In this document: piece by piece, positions 62,571-64,000 of the stretch
Position numbering within the stretch: the first letter of the stretch is position 1
Layout: each line of letters opens with the position of its first letter
Origin: Mobula hypostoma
Lineage: Eukaryota
Length of the DNA stretch: 64,000 nucleotides
Direction: 5' to 3'
Assembly: GCF_963921235.1 (NCBI RefSeq)
Contig: NC_086109.1
Location: forward strand, 5,024,001 to 5,088,000
Program-made: the position numbers and the translations under genes
Notes under the pieces: generated by a model
Told to the model about the DNA's origin: nothing
The model's input: the letters and a program-made list of their open reading frames with translations, nothing else
Databases searched by the model: none

Positions 62571-64000
62571 AATGGGAAGGAAATCAGAATGGGGAAAAAT
62601 TAGAAGGTAGTTGGATTAGAGGGTGGTTGAGGAAGTATGCCTGTTTTCCCAGAGTTTTGAGTCAGGAACCTCTGCCAGAAGGTGTGGTAGAGACAGACAT
62701 GTTCTGCTTTGATGGGAGGTACTTGAGTGTGGGTCGTCTTCTCCTTGAGCCCTTAGCTCCTGGTGGAACATAGTCCCTCGATGGTACAGTGTGGATGCGG
62801 GAAGCCGGAATCTGCCGTGGGATTGGGTGTGGGGGCCATAGAGGTGTGACTGGGAGTGCCCGGGGTCACTCGCCCATCAACAGGTCTTCGGGGGAAGGGC
62901 GAGCTGCAACACCCTGTCAGCCCAGGGGAGGAGAGAACTGTGGTCATCCCCAGGGCATGAGCCAGCCCCCGTTCAATGGAGAATCTCACTGAAATCTGCC
63001 ACTCACTGACAAGCCTGGATAGAATAGACATGGAGAGGATGTTTCCATGAGTGGGGGTCGTATGGAACAGAGATGAGGAGGAATTTCTTCAGCCAGAGGG
63101 TGGTGAATCTGTGGAATTCATTGTCACAGACGGCTGTGGAGGCCAAGTCATTGGATATATTCAGAGCAGAGTTTGATAGGTTCCCAATGGCAAGTTGATT
63201 AAGGGTTACAGGGAGAAGGCAGGAGAATGGGGTTAAAAAAATTAAATATTAAAGATGAGCTTTATCTGTCATATGTACGTCAAAACATACGGTGAAATGT
63301 GTTGAAATGTGTTATCCTCTGTCTGAGGGCAGCCTGCAAGTGTCGTCACACTTCCAGTGCCAACATAGCGTGCTCACAGCTTAGTACCCTAACCCGTACG
63401 ACTTCGGCACGTGGGAGGAAACTGGAGCATCCGGAGGAAATCTGCATTGTCACAGGGAAAGCAGAAAAACTCTTTGGACACAGTAATGGGAATGGATCCC
63501 TGATTGGTGATAGGAGCTGCTATAGTGAGTGACGTTGACTGCTACACTCCAGTGTCGCCATTATTCACTCAGCCATGACTGAACGGTGGGGCAGGCTCGA
63601 TGCTGCTAATTCTGCTCGTTTATCTGAGGGTCTAACGAACATTCCCACCCCCTTGCCACAGATATTCTACCAATATACCCTGGACTGGACACATCCTTGA
63701 CTCCATCCTTTCTGTGACCCTCAGTCCCACTGTGTGACCCAGAGGGTGACTGACCTTGTCCCATCCCTCTCCCGGCTCCAAACTTGCACCTTTCTCAGAG
63801 ACTGGAGTTGGAAAAGAAATTGGAATTGGTTTATTATTGTCATATGTACTGAGGTAGAGTGTATAACTTGTATCTACTGTTCATGCAAATTAAATCAGTA
63901 CATCATCTCTCTGTGTCCCTCTCGCTCCCACTCTCTCTGTCGCTCTCCCACTCTCTGTGTCTCTCTCCTCCTCTGCAACCCTCTCTCCACATCTCCATCT

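Noticed and set aside
62032..64000. Next CAMK1G exon (expected QAFNA-like)
   Set aside because: Not found; it presumably lies beyond the window.

Overview
Repeat-dense vertebrate genomic DNA. The repeat content (V-SINE/HE1-like SINEs, CR1/HER1-like LINEs, Rex1/Babar LINEs, Penelope-like elements) points to an elasmobranch, probably a ray. The only host gene I can support is a CAMK1G-type Ca2+/calmodulin-dependent kinase I on the + strand. It has nine coding exons from 44638 to 62031 with canonical GT-AG junctions and 301 in-frame codons, and it continues past the window end. The first 44 kb is mostly nested transposon debris: a degenerate but complete Gypsy LTR element (35975-40971, - strand), Tc1, hAT and Harbinger MITEs, a 33-bp minisatellite and a LINE-derived 37-bp tandem array. 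The most interesting signal is RNA-structural. (1) A TSD-bounded non-autonomous retroelement starts at G1 of a predicted HDV-like ribozyme with an unusual architecture: no P4 helix and a hairpin inserted in L3 (16044-16253, partial second copy at 9426-9487). (2) Many minimal type I hammerhead ribozyme motifs sit in Penelope-like element termini. All structures are hand-derived and untested. Repeat boundaries are approximate unless a TSD or TIR is quoted.
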